From the NCBI GenBank assembly GCA_963768425.1, contig CAVYHV010000028.1, positions 38,911 through 102,910 on the forward strand: 64,000 nucleotides of DNA, in the 5' to 3' direction. Source of the DNA: Candidatus Bathyarchaeota archaeon. Lineage in GTDB: Archaea; Thermoproteota; Bathyarchaeia; Bathyarchaeales; Bathycorpusculaceae. The translations under genes and the position numbers were made by a program. The notes beneath the pieces are model-generated. The model was not told the DNA's origin. It did no database searches and saw only the letters and a list, made by a program, of their open reading frames with translations. Positions 1 through 9,181 of this stretch are shown in pieces; position 1 is the first letter of the stretch, and each line of letters starts with the position of its first letter.

Positions 1-389
1 CCGGAGCCTCTTCGCCGACAGCAACCAATCTTCCACCACACTCAATTTCAAATATTAGGCCCGGTTGCTTAATTGATTTTTGCTTGCTGGCGATCAGGCA
101 TGCTGTCCTTGCTGGCAAGGCACCTGACGGAACGGAATTGTGGTGGCCAGCGATATATTGACGGAGATGATTGCTGCCTACACCAAAGCCACTCTCGAAA
201 AAAGTTGACGGGGCGTCATTCCGTGAGCGTCGCGCTTTAATTCCCTGTCTTGTTATCGTGTTTATCTAGTTATAAAAGGTGTCACTCATTTTTCTAGTAA
301 GGCTCGCTTAAATATTTTGAAAAGGTTTCTGGAATCGAATCTAAAGAAAAAAATTGGCTTAATTTTGTCGATCCCTGCGCTTGGCGGGG

Positions 390-599
390 TTAGGCTTTCA
401 CATAATATCGTCCATCATCTGTCTTGGTTATCCCCTTTTTCTTGCCGATACGCGTTGTTATAAGACGCTCTTCCACATCTAACTCTTTAGCCGTCTTCGC
501 AGTTTCCGGTGAGATAGCTCCAGCCTCTAACATTTTCTTTTTTGCTTGTTCAATTCGTAAGGCCAATGCGGCCAGTAATGTTGACAATTTTGCTTTCAC
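390..599 (-). CDS. Small hypothetical protein (69 aa)
   Basis: ORF with a GAGGTGA SD overlapping the GTG start; no family recognised. Confidence 0.6.
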   Translation of the reverse strand: MKAKLSTLLAALALRIEQAKKKMLEAGAISPETAKTAKELDVEERLITTRIGKKKGITKTDDGRYYVKA

Positions 600-762
600 C
601 TCAGTTAATTGTCTCCATATGGACAGTTATCCAGATAAAGTTATTGCAATGTTGCGAAAGGTGCCCATTAGGAGGCGTACTCATTCTGAGATGTTTTTGC
701 GCGCGTATAACGAGGAACCATGCAAGACGCGAAAAACTTTAGCCGCCAACTCCGAGTGTCCG

Positions 763-1295
763 TCACCATTTTTCTCGGTGAATCATCTCTTCCAGCGGTT
801 TTCTTTTAGACGCCCTAACGAATTCTTGCACTTTTTTGCTTCTCTCACCAATCGGCGCAGGGTACCCCAGAGGAGTCAAAGCGACAACCCTAACATTGGT
901 AGGTATCTCCAAAACTTTCTTGACTTTTTCCTCGTCGAATCCGCTTATCCAGCAGGTTCCAAGCCCCAGATCCGTTGCCGCCAAAACAAGCTGCTGCATC
1001 GATATACCTACGTCAACTAAGTAGTAATCCATGTTGTTGTGTGAACCGGAGCCCTTAGGGTCTATGCATGCGGCTAGAGAACGGGTACCTCGCTTAGCCA
1101 ACTGGTGAACCCGAGGGCTATCTCGTTAATTGTAGCCTTGTTCTTTATAACAACGTATTTACAGCCCTGCTTGTTCCCCCACGAAGGCGCCAGCCTTGCA
1201 GCCTCCAAGATTTTCATCAACTTTTCTTCCTCAACCTCTTTGCCTAAAAAATCCCGTACGCTTTTTCGTGAAGTTATAACATCCATGAATTCCAT
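763..1295 (-). CDS. Nitroreductase family protein (split by a frameshift near 1090)
   Basis: RKSVRDF...AARLAPSWGNKQ in 1074..1295 and LAATDLGLGTCWI...LGYP in 763..1101. Confidence 0.9.
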
Positions 1296-1554
1296 GTAGT
1301 AGCACCCAAATCAATCTGGCAAACGCTTCCTAATATGACTATCCCAAAAGGACCCGCGAGAAAAAAGCGCGCGTGGTTTTTCCTAAATCACTTTGCGAAG
1401 CATCTGATGCTTTTTGATTTGGCGTTATTATGAGTGTTGACGGCTGCTTCGGCTATGTCTGCTTAGCATACCTCTTCTTAAATTCACGCTTAAATATTCG
1501 AATGCTCCTACCAAACGGTAATCAACATCCGCACAGCAATCTGGTAATGTTAAA

Positions 1555-2469
1555 TTGATCGACACAGAGAACCTGACTAAGAAATTCGGTAACCTTACAG
1601 CCGTTGAAAGCCTTACGCTACATGTTAACGATGGCGAAGTCTTCGGTTTTCTCGGACCCAACGGCGCTGGAAAAACTACAACTGTCAGAATGCTCTGTTG
1701 CCTTATATCAAAGACCAGCGGCACTGCGAGGATAGGAAATTACGAAATTGGAAACAGATCTGATCAACAAAAGATAAGACGGATGGTTGGTCTGCTGACT
1801 GAAAATGTCGGGCTCTACGAAGAACTGAGCGCCTATGACAATCTGGATTTTTACGGTCGATTCTACAAGCTGGACTTACAGAAAAGGAAAGAGCAAATAG
1901 AGTACCTTCTCAAGATGCTGGGCCTGTGGGAAAAGAGAAACGTAACAGCAGGAACATTTTCCAAGGGTATGAAGCAGAAACTCGCCATAGCCCGCGCCCT
2001 TATCCATGACCCACAAGTCCTGTTCTTGGATGAGCCAACCGCAAGCCTTGATCCGGAAGCCGCTAAGACGGTTAGAGAATTCATCCTCGAGTTGAAAAAG
2101 GAGAAAAGAACAATCTTCCTAAACACGCATCTTCTGGATGAGGCTGAAAAGATCTGTGACCGAGTTGCGATTCTAAACACTCGACTAATCGCAACAGGTA
2201 CCCCGCAAGAGCTGAGGCGTTCGATGTCTGGCAGAAAGATAAAAGTTCAACTTCAGCGCGTTGACGACATAATCGTAGAAGCGGTCAAGAAAATCGGCTT
2301 TCAAATATCAGAGGTAACTAACAATAGCCTTCTTATCGATGTCAATGACCCTGAGAAAGAAAATCCAGCAATTTTAAAGGCGATTGAAGCTGCGGGCGGG
2401 CACGTTCAATTCGTAACAGAGGTCGGGTCAACTCTAGAGGATGTATACCTGAAAATAGTGAAGGGATAA
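1555..2469 (+). CDS. ABC-2 type exporter ATP-binding subunit
   Basis: Walker A GPNGAGKTT, signature FSKGMKQK, Walker B LFLDEPT. Confidence 0.95.
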   Translation: MIDTENLTKKFGNLTAVESLTLHVNDGEVFGFLGPNGAGKTTTVRMLCCLISKTSGTARIGNYEIGNRSDQQKIRRMVGLLTENVGLYEELSAYDNLDFYGRFYKLDLQKRKEQIEYLLKMLGLWEKRNVTAGTFSKGMKQKLAIARALIHDPQVLFLDEPTASLDPEAAKTVREFILELKKEKRTIFLNTHLLDEAEKICDRVAILNTRLIATGTPQELRRSMSGRKIKVQLQRVDDIIVEAVKKIGFQISEVTNNSLLIDVNDPEKENPAILKAIEAAGGHVQFVTEVGSTLEDVYLKIVKG

Positions 2470-2473
2470 AAAA

Positions 2474-3214
2474 ATGGATCTGCAAAGCGCTTGGGCAGTT
2501 GCCGCAAAAGACTTCAAGATCTTCAAAAGGAAGAGTACAGTCATCTATGCATGTATTGCTATTCCTCTTGTAGTCGGAATTGCGTTCCCATTGATTGTTC
2601 AGTATGCACTGCACATTGGCAGCGGTCATGGAATAACCGCCTTAACTGTTCCCAGGTACATGGACGCGTTCTCGGTATGGTTTCTCATAGGAGCAGCCAT
2701 AATTCCCGCCACTATAGCCTCCTACAGTTTAGTAGGAGAGAAGATCCAAAAGAGCTTGGAACCGCTTCTGGCAACGCCAATGACTGACGGTGAAATCCTG
2801 TTGGGCAAAACTATTTCAGGGCTTGTCGTACCTTTAGCGGCGATCTATGCCGGTTCAGTGTTATACATGTTGCTCATGGATTTGGTGACCCAAAGCAAAC
2901 TGGGCTATCTTTACTATCCTAACTGGCATATGGGGGCGATTTTGCTTGTGGCGCCATTGATATGTCTTCTCAGCGTTGAACTAAATATCATTATCTCATC
3001 TAGAATAGACGATGTGCGAACAGCACAACAAATGGGAATGTTGGCCGCATTCCCCTTCATTGGATTATACGTGGCGTCTGAAGTTGGATTTTTTGCGTTC
3101 AGTGACACGAATCTGCTGATTTTGGCAGGTATTATCTTGGTAATAGATATAGTTGTCTTCTTTGTCAGCAGGGTCACATTCCAGAGGGAGGAAATACTGA
3201 CAAAATGGAAGTAA
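2474..3214 (+). CDS. ABC-2 type exporter permease
   Basis: About 6 hydrophobic segments, GEK..SLEPLLATP motif, directly after the ATPase. Confidence 0.9.
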   Translation: MDLQSAWAVAAKDFKIFKRKSTVIYACIAIPLVVGIAFPLIVQYALHIGSGHGITALTVPRYMDAFSVWFLIGAAIIPATIASYSLVGEKIQKSLEPLLATPMTDGEILLGKTISGLVVPLAAIYAGSVLYMLLMDLVTQSKLGYLYYPNWHMGAILLVAPLICLLSVELNIIISSRIDDVRTAQQMGMLAAFPFIGLYVASEVGFFAFSDTNLLILAGIILVIDIVVFFVSRVTFQREEILTKWK

Positions 3215-3270
3215 AGGCTCTTTATCTTTGCCTAGAAGTGAAAAGCACAATTAATGAGAGGTGGTAGTAA

Positions 3271-3522
3271 ATGACAAAAGCCAAGTTTGAAATAGGTGAG
3301 ACTGAAAAACATACCATTATTGTTAATGCGAGCGCGCTTCTAAAATACATCAAGATAGAAGTGGATGGCGAAAAAGTCGTTAATGTAGCAAACTTTCAGC
3401 CATTGTCAAAGAAGTTCCAGTTGGACGTGGGGAATTCCGAAAAGCATCATTTGGAAATCAGCGCTGGGCCGTTCTCGCCTATCAAACTACTCGTGGACGG
3501 AAAAGAAGTTCAAAAAACCTGA
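3271..3522 (+). CDS. Hypothetical beta-rich protein (83 aa)
   Basis: ORF with GAGGTGG SD; internal EKH...VDG duplication. Confidence 0.65.
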   Translation: MTKAKFEIGETEKHTIIVNASALLKYIKIEVDGEKVVNVANFQPLSKKFQLDVGNSEKHHLEISAGPFSPIKLLVDGKEVQKT

Positions 3523-3612
3523 AAGTGCATTGCTATCGCAAAAGGTTGAAATTTAGCAACTAACCCTAAAAGTATTAACGTCGTATAACCTGAGTCATAC
3601 AGACGAAAAGTT

Positions 3613-3726
3613 TCATCTTTTATTATCTGCACGTCGTCTTCCAAAATACCATTTCAATGGTGCTACGATAGCAATGACAACAATAGTTGCAACAACGACA
3701 ATAAGAATATGGGTATCTGTAATCAT
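3613..3726 (-). CDS. Small single-TM peptide, 37 aa (MITDTHILIVVVATIVVIAIVAPLKWYFGRRRADNKR)
   Basis: Read manually; GGCAGGTGA SD upstream; hydrophobic core followed by basic tail. Confidence 0.55.
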   Translation of the reverse strand: MITDTHILIVVVATIVVIAIVAPLKWYFGRRRADNKR

Positions 3727-3822
3727 TTTGTCACCTGCCAACAGCAACAAACATGTCTTTTAAGCCTTATGGAAAAAGGGAAATGCAGAAATAAAATTAA
3801 TGTAAAATTCAGAAGATATTAT

Positions 3823-3894
3823 TTGTCTTATCCAACTTTGACTTCGCTAAATGAAGTGATAACTCATCTAAATGCTACAGGACCGGATAGCAAT
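3823..3894 (+). pseudogene. Relic of the 5' end of the viral head-tail adaptor-like gene found at 52.4-52.9 kb
   Basis: YPTLTSLNEVITHLNATGPDSN here vs YPALTSLEEVIGFLNATGPDSN at about 52830-52900 (-). Confidence 0.75.
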
Positions 3895-4641
3895 ACTGCG
3901 CCGAAACTTGGCAGGGGAGCTCTAGCTCCAGGCATCGATAATCTTTTGGGGATTGAGTTTTAATAATTTTTGCCACATCAGTCATTCTAAATCTTCATAC
4001 CATTTCGAGAGTTCATCAGCAGTTTTTTTGGAAAACCCAGCATCAGTTACTAATTGCTTAAAACCAGGTTCTGTTTTTTCGAGCTGATGTTTCGGCGTAT
4101 TCTTTTTGCCTGAAGAATTGCTAACACCAATGCGTTTGTTTTTCATGTAGATTTCTTCTCTGTAGTTGTGTTCTACAAGAATTCAATATATCTTTTTGAG
4201 ACATATTTCCTTCGTTTTCAATGTGTGCAAACCGCCAGTTAAACCCTCGCACATAATCCAAGCATATCAAAATACACTCAGGAACCTTTCTTGTCGAACG
4301 CAAAAACAAATTGATACATAACACGTTGTTGAGGAACGCGATAATTCAAAGGTAAATGTTGCCCATTAGAAACTGTACAACAAATCCACAAAAAACGCTG
4401 AAAACGCCACTGCAATCCTACTATCGAATCAACCTTCGTGCAAATTCAAACATTATACCAGCGATCACGACAATGTGGCTTATGCTTTCGCGACCGATGT
4501 AAGGGGCCAATTTGGTCGTTAATAAATTGGCAGAGCAAATGTATGTGTGACGTTGCAGTAACAAATGTTTAAACATCAGCGTTTTACTATTAACTCAGTA
4601 TTTTTCTACATTGAATAGTTTTTGAAGGACTTGTTTAATTA

Positions 4642-5037
4642 ATGGCTGAGAATAAGCGTAGCATATTGATCATTGATGACAACCCTTCTATTCTGAGAAC
4701 CATGACTCTAGTCTTGCATAGAGAAGGTTACGATGTTTATTCTGCGCGAACGGGCAAAGAAGCTTCGGAAAAACTGTCGACCAAAACGTTTGATGTATCC
4801 TTGATTGACGTTGGTTTAGGTGAAACGCTAGGTACAGACCTGTTGCCTCTGATGAACAAAGTAGCCCCCAGCATGTTGAAGATTATATTCACGGGTACAC
4901 CCATGTCGGAGGCTACGCGCAACGAGGCGATGAGAGAGGCAGACGTTTTTCTGCTTAAGCCTGTCAAACCAGAAACCCTGATAGGAATCCTCGAAGAAAA
5001 ACTCAAAGGGAAAACAAGCAAAATTTCAACGCACTGA
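4642..5037 (+). CDS. Stand-alone response regulator receiver domain
   Basis: ILIIDD, phosphoacceptor D (SLID), FTG, LLKP motifs. Confidence 0.9.
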   Translation: MAENKRSILIIDDNPSILRTMTLVLHREGYDVYSARTGKEASEKLSTKTFDVSLIDVGLGETLGTDLLPLMNKVAPSMLKIIFTGTPMSEATRNEAMREADVFLLKPVKPETLIGILEEKLKGKTSKISTH

Positions 5038-5324
5038 GATTGCGCTCCACACACATTAGATAGCATGCGCTCATGTGCTTCTGTTAAGTTCTTAGGGCGA
5101 TAAATGGTTACGAAGTTAAACGTTTCTTTCATCGCTAATTTATATCTCTCAATAACAGCACCAAAGCAATTTCGTGAATAGTCGTCAAGTTTGCAGTTTA
5201 TTTTCAATTCAAAAGAAGAACCCTTTGTCTTGAGTTTGCGATTGAAAATATTATGATCAAGATTATGGAGATAAAGTAGAGTAGCCCAAAGACGGTTATT
5301 GGAATGCGATTAACAGCCTTTCCT

Positions 5325-5642
5325 TCAAGGTTCAAAATTGCCGCGAACAGCAGGTTCATTGCTTCTTGTTTGCCCTCCGCTCCTCTGCATTAGCAGTTCG
5401 TTTAATTTTTGTTCGAGCTGCTTGATCTTTTTCTGTTGAGCTATAAGTATACTAATCGCCATCGGCTCAAAGATTATAGGTTTGCATGCGCAGCTGCTCG
5501 CTGAAGCAAGATTTCTGCACATATCCATAAGTACATCAAAAGCCTGCATTTCTTCTTCGTTTGGCAGGCCGTTTCGAAAGTTTTTCCATCTGCCAATTTC
5601 GTCTTCCAGAGCCATTCGGTAAGAAGGAACAGTTTTTCCCAT
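5325..5642 (-). CDS. Conserved archaeal small helical protein (MGKTVPSYRMALE family, resembles the PolB2-operon accessory protein)
   Basis: MG.TVPSYR..LE.E...W..FR...F..L.D pattern; family assignment from memory only. Confidence 0.6.
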   Translation of the reverse strand: MGKTVPSYRMALEDEIGRWKNFRNGLPNEEEMQAFDVLMDMCRNLASASSCACKPIIFEPMAISILIAQQKKIKQLEQKLNELLMQRSGGQTRSNEPAVRGNFEP

Positions 5643-5790
5643 GCTTGCTAAGCCTCCAAGCAACACAATTTCTTTTCCATAGACTTTCACGCGAGCTATT
5701 GCCTAGAGTTAAACGCTTAAAAACAAAACGTTGAAACTTCATTTTGAAGCAGTGGAGAGGAAGCTGAAAGTGAATCTAAGTTTGCCAAGG

Positions 5791-6069
5791 CTAGGTGGGT
5801 TCAAGCGTTACTTCAACGATGCAGCCGGGCAGGCTTGCTCTTTCATCTTCCCAGAGGGATAATGTTGCCTTTTGGATGTATATGCGTCCGGCTTTTTCCA
5901 TTTTGGCGTAAAATGACTGCCAGCCTTTGAACCTGTTTGGGATACTGAAATTAACTTTTAGAAGCTGGGAAGGCTCCAACTTGAATTCCGTTATGATCAA
6001 TTTTGGAATTTGTACTCTTTCACTTTTCTGAAGTGTCCCTTTGAAGGTTACTTTTCGTGTTAACGTCAT
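5791..6069 (-). CDS. Tandem AbrB/MazE/SpoVT-like DNA-binding protein
   Basis: Two swapped-hairpin-like units (LQKSERVQIPK; MEKAGRIYIQK). Confidence 0.6.
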   Translation of the reverse strand: MTLTRKVTFKGTLQKSERVQIPKLIITEFKLEPSQLLKVNFSIPNRFKGWQSFYAKMEKAGRIYIQKATLSLWEDERASLPGCIVEVTLEPT

Positions 6070-6090
6070 GTATATTCTTCCTTTTAACTT

Positions 6091-6160
6091 TAAATTGTCT
6101 AATAGTGTCTGATAGTGTCTAATTTTGTCTTAAAGTGTCTAATATTGTCTAAGTATGACT
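6091..6160. repeat. Seven degenerate 10-bp tandem repeats with TGTCT core
   Basis: taaattgtct aatagtgtct gatagtgtct aattttgtct taaagtgtct aatattgtct aagtatgact. Confidence 0.9.
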
Positions 6161-6408
6161 CAACCTGCAGATGATTTAAGCTTTTCCACAGAAAAGCAAC
6201 CCAAAATACAAACAGAAAAATTTTGTGTCAAAAAATCTGCTGCGTGATTGTTGCTATACTACAACAAATTGTTTTAAGCGCTTGACTGCTTATGGATTTT
6301 ACTATCAGCCAATGAGAGACACGCTTGTAGGGAGAGGATGGTTAACACTTTATCTGCTGTCGGAGTCAAAAGAGGAAATTCTGTGTTTTCTTGCGGGTTT
6401 GAAGTTTT

Positions 6409-7347
6409 ATGAGTTCTGAACCTGAGTCACTTAAGGGTTGGGTCACGAGTTTCTGGGGGCACATCGATGAGCTAGTCAGCCGCTTAAAAATTGTTCTTGT
6501 TGCTCTAATCATCGGCATCGGGGTCGGATGGATTCCTACTACTTTGGCCGGGATCACAAACCCAGTTGGAACCTATCAACCCATGATTGCGCCTCTAATG
6601 GTGCAGTTAAGGAATGAGTTTCTTCCTAAGCAAGCAACTTTGATCGCAGGCGGAATGGCAGACACAGTGTTTGCAATGGCTTACCTATCTGTGATTGTTG
6701 GGATCTTGTTAGCTTCCCCAGTGATATTTTATGAAGTCGTAGCATTCATCAAACCCGCATTATACGACAACGAGAAGAGGGTTCTAGGGATTTACTTGGG
6801 CTCCTTCATTGGGCTGTTGGTTTTAGGTGTGGTTATGGCTTTCTTTGTTGTTATTCCAATTTCATTTCGAATCTTAATTTACTTCACTATCCAAGGAGGC
6901 GCCACACCGTCTATCTTCATCAAGGATTTCTACAACTGGATCTACACGATATTTGTTTTATGCGGTGTCTTCTACACCATCCCTATCTTCGTGGTTATGC
7001 TTATCCAGGTTGGAGTTCTCCCCGTTAAATACGTGAGCGGACGCAACAAAATCTTCGCTTACATCGCTCTACTGATGATATTTTGGATATTCGGCCCCGA
7101 CCCCACCCCTGTCACAGGCTTAATCATCATGGCGCCCTTCGTGGTGGTCTTCGAAGTCGCAATCTTTTTCGGCCGAAGAATCGACCGCACACGCAAAAAA
7201 AGAAAAGAGGCAGAAGCAACAGGTGGTAGTTATGGAGGGGTAAAAAAAGGTTTCATATCTTTCCCCAAGAACGCCTGCAAATTCTGTAGCACCCCCGTTT
7301 TAGACGAGGCAGCTTTTTGTCCTGGGTGTCAGCGGGCGATAAAATAA
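6409..7347 (+). CDS. tatC: Twin-arginine translocase subunit TatC with C-terminal zinc ribbon
   Basis: HIDEL..RL, FIKPALY.NE, PDP motifs, 6 TM; C-terminal CKFC...CPGC. Confidence 0.88.
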   Translation: MSSEPESLKGWVTSFWGHIDELVSRLKIVLVALIIGIGVGWIPTTLAGITNPVGTYQPMIAPLMVQLRNEFLPKQATLIAGGMADTVFAMAYLSVIVGILLASPVIFYEVVAFIKPALYDNEKRVLGIYLGSFIGLLVLGVVMAFFVVIPISFRILIYFTIQGGATPSIFIKDFYNWIYTIFVLCGVFYTIPIFVVMLIQVGVLPVKYVSGRNKIFAYIALLMIFWIFGPDPTPVTGLIIMAPFVVVFEVAIFFGRRIDRTRKKRKEAEATGGSYGGVKKGFISFPKNACKFCSTPVLDEAAFCPGCQRAIK

Positions 7348-7611
7348 GGCATATCTCTCAATTTCTTAACAGAAACCTAACAAGTCGAAGTTAACAACGC
7401 CCAATTTGCGTTTGCAGATTGGATGTTTCGGTTATCGCTGGCAAGGGCAACTATTTTCTGCTGGGGAAGCCTGAAAGTTCCTTAATCGAAGATCCTGCAA
7501 AAAAACCTTGAAACACTCAAGATGAATGATCATACTTGAAAAGTCAGTTAGCTTAAGAAAGTTAGATAATGATAAGGGTTGAAACCCAAGGTTGTTGAAA
7601 GTGGGGTATTC

Positions 7612-7716
7612 TTAATTGAGGGGTTGTGTCCTGAGTTCTAATCTGATGTTGTAAACTACTACAGCTATTGAAGCGAAGATTGCTGCTATTGAGGCTATAT
7701 CAATTATTCCAAACAT
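7612..7716 (-). CDS. Single-TM microprotein, 34 aa (MFGIIDIASIAAIFASIAVVVYNIRLELRTQPLN)
   Basis: GGTGA SD, own TATA promoter, paralog of 14236..14331. Confidence 0.7.
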   Translation of the reverse strand: MFGIIDIASIAAIFASIAVVVYNIRLELRTQPLN

Positions 7717-7758
7717 ATTTTCACCATTTTATTTTATAAGTACATACTTGCTCAGCTG

Positions 7759-7788
7759 AATATAAATATGGTTGTGATTTGTTCATAA
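7759..7788 (-). promoter_or_regulatory. TTATGAAC box + 14 bp + TATA, copy 1
   Basis: TTATGAAC AAATCACAACCATA TTTATATT on the - strand. Confidence 0.8.
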
Positions 7789-7885
7789 TATTTCATAAAC
7801 ACTAAACAACCGTCTAAATCCCAACAGAAAATTTATATGGAATAACAACCATTATAACATCAACTAAAACAGAAGGAAAAATAAA

Positions 7886-8122
7886 ATGAAAGCCTACATA
7901 CTCCTAAGCACAAAACCCGGCACTTCACTGGAAGTCGTCCAAAGATTAAAAGAAAAAGTCAAAGAAACAATCACCGCAGACGCCATATTCGGCCGATACG
8001 ACGCAATAGTAATATTGGAAGCACCAGCACTCGAAGAAATAAACCAAGTTGTTTACAAAATAATCGAAAAAGACCCCAACGTCATCCGAACAGAAACATC
8101 CATCGTGCTATCACCAATGTAG
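7886..8122 (+). CDS. Stand-alone Lrp/AsnC ligand-binding (RAM) domain protein
   Basis: KAYILL...FGRYDAIV...RTETSIV; no HTH. Confidence 0.85.
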   Translation: MKAYILLSTKPGTSLEVVQRLKEKVKETITADAIFGRYDAIVILEAPALEEINQVVYKIIEKDPNVIRTETSIVLSPM

Positions 8123-8216
8123 AAGCTAGAATAGAAGACAACCAAAACCCAATTTTTTCTTTTTTAATTTAAAAGACTATTTCTAGAAAAAATGTTGATA
8201 ACAAAATTTGAGGTTT

Positions 8217-8513
8217 TCAGCTCCAGTTGTCCTGGAGGAGCTTGGCCATTTCTTCTGGACATTTTGGTCCTTTGTGTGCTTTAAGAACGATGGAGCTAAC
8301 GGTGCTTTTTACGCCTTTTATTTTCATGATTTTGTTTTTGAGGATATCACGGAATTCTTCGATGTCTGCTGCTGATACCAGGGTTACGATGTCGAATTCG
8401 CCTGTGACTTCGTACAGTTCTTCAAGATGTTCTAGTTGGGCAAGCGAGATTAAGACATTGTCCATTTCTGGGGATTCTACAAATATGTCCACGAATGCTA
8501 ATAGTTTTGGCAT
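8217..8513 (-). CDS. Stand-alone Lrp/AsnC ligand-binding (RAM) domain protein, HKGPKC subtype
   Basis: LYEVTGEFDIV...IKGVKSTVSSIV; probable start MPKLLAFVDIF. Confidence 0.85.
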   Translation of the reverse strand: MPKLLAFVDIFVESPEMDNVLISLAQLEHLEELYEVTGEFDIVTLVSAADIEEFRDILKNKIMKIKGVKSTVSSIVLKAHKGPKCPEEMAKLLQDNWS

Positions 8514-8679
8514 ATTGGTCGTCTTGCTTATCTGAACATGAGTTCGGATATTTATACTTTTCTCGCCATGCAGCACAATTACTTTCATCATTGCCCTACA
8601 ATTGCACAGCAAATCAACTTAATAGTTGGACAATGTTAAAAAAGCTGCCGCTAACATTCTTAGCACCAGCGAGCTGAAC

Positions 8680-9170
8680 TCAAAATAGTGCATCTAACCA
8701 TTTACCGGTGAAATTACTGTAAACAGAAGGATAATCTTTTATCAGCTGCAAATTAAGTCTGCAAAACGTTAACGTATGGGCTGCCAAAAATCCAAAATGT
8801 TCCCTGTTGATTCTGATTAACAATGTTTGTTAAAGAAGTCAGCAGAAATACCTGTTGCGTTGCTTATTCCTGGAATCTGCGAATAGGCATCTTGAAGCGT
8901 GATGTCTGGGTCTACGCCTGATGCGGATGGGATCTGAGGTTTCGTTTCTTGTATGGAAGAAAATGGGCAGAGTGAAGTTTTGCGCTATAAGGTTTGACCC
9001 GACTGTTTGCCCGTTAAGTTTAGCAAGGTCGCCGTTTGCTTGGTTGGGAAAGAAAGCTTGGCCTATGCCTGTGATTAGAAACGGGTAAAGTAGTCCGCAG
9101 ATCAGCAGCGAAACCAATGCTAATCCGATGATCGGTTTGAAGTTCCATTTTTCTTTTTGTTTTCAGTCAT
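8680..9170 (-). CDS. kdpC: K+-transporting ATPase subunit C (frameshifted)
   Basis: GLLYP...[11 protein letters not shown]...[10 protein letters not shown]; last gene of the kdp operon. Confidence 0.85.
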
Positions 9171-9181
9171 GTCATTTTCTC

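Noticed and set aside
1-290. Partial minus-strand gene at the window start
   Set aside because: Probably coding but frameshifted and truncated; no family could be supported
424-1020. 198-aa + strand ORF and the many other long antisense ORFs (e.g. 1428-1724, 10566-11132, 36417-36923, 57230-57772)
   Set aside because: Shadows of well-supported genes on the opposite strand, with no motifs
3823-3894. DGR template/variable repeat pair with about 52830-52900
   Set aside because: Differences are not adenine-specific and many are synonymous; no reverse transcriptase in the window
4642-5037. Receiver proteins (also 47938..48405) as KdpE or PhoB equivalents
   Set aside because: No output domain and no linked kinase; nothing in the sequence ties them to kdp or pst
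6091-6160. CRISPR array
   Set aside because: 10-bp units with no spacers and no cas genes; no CRISPR array seen anywhere in the window
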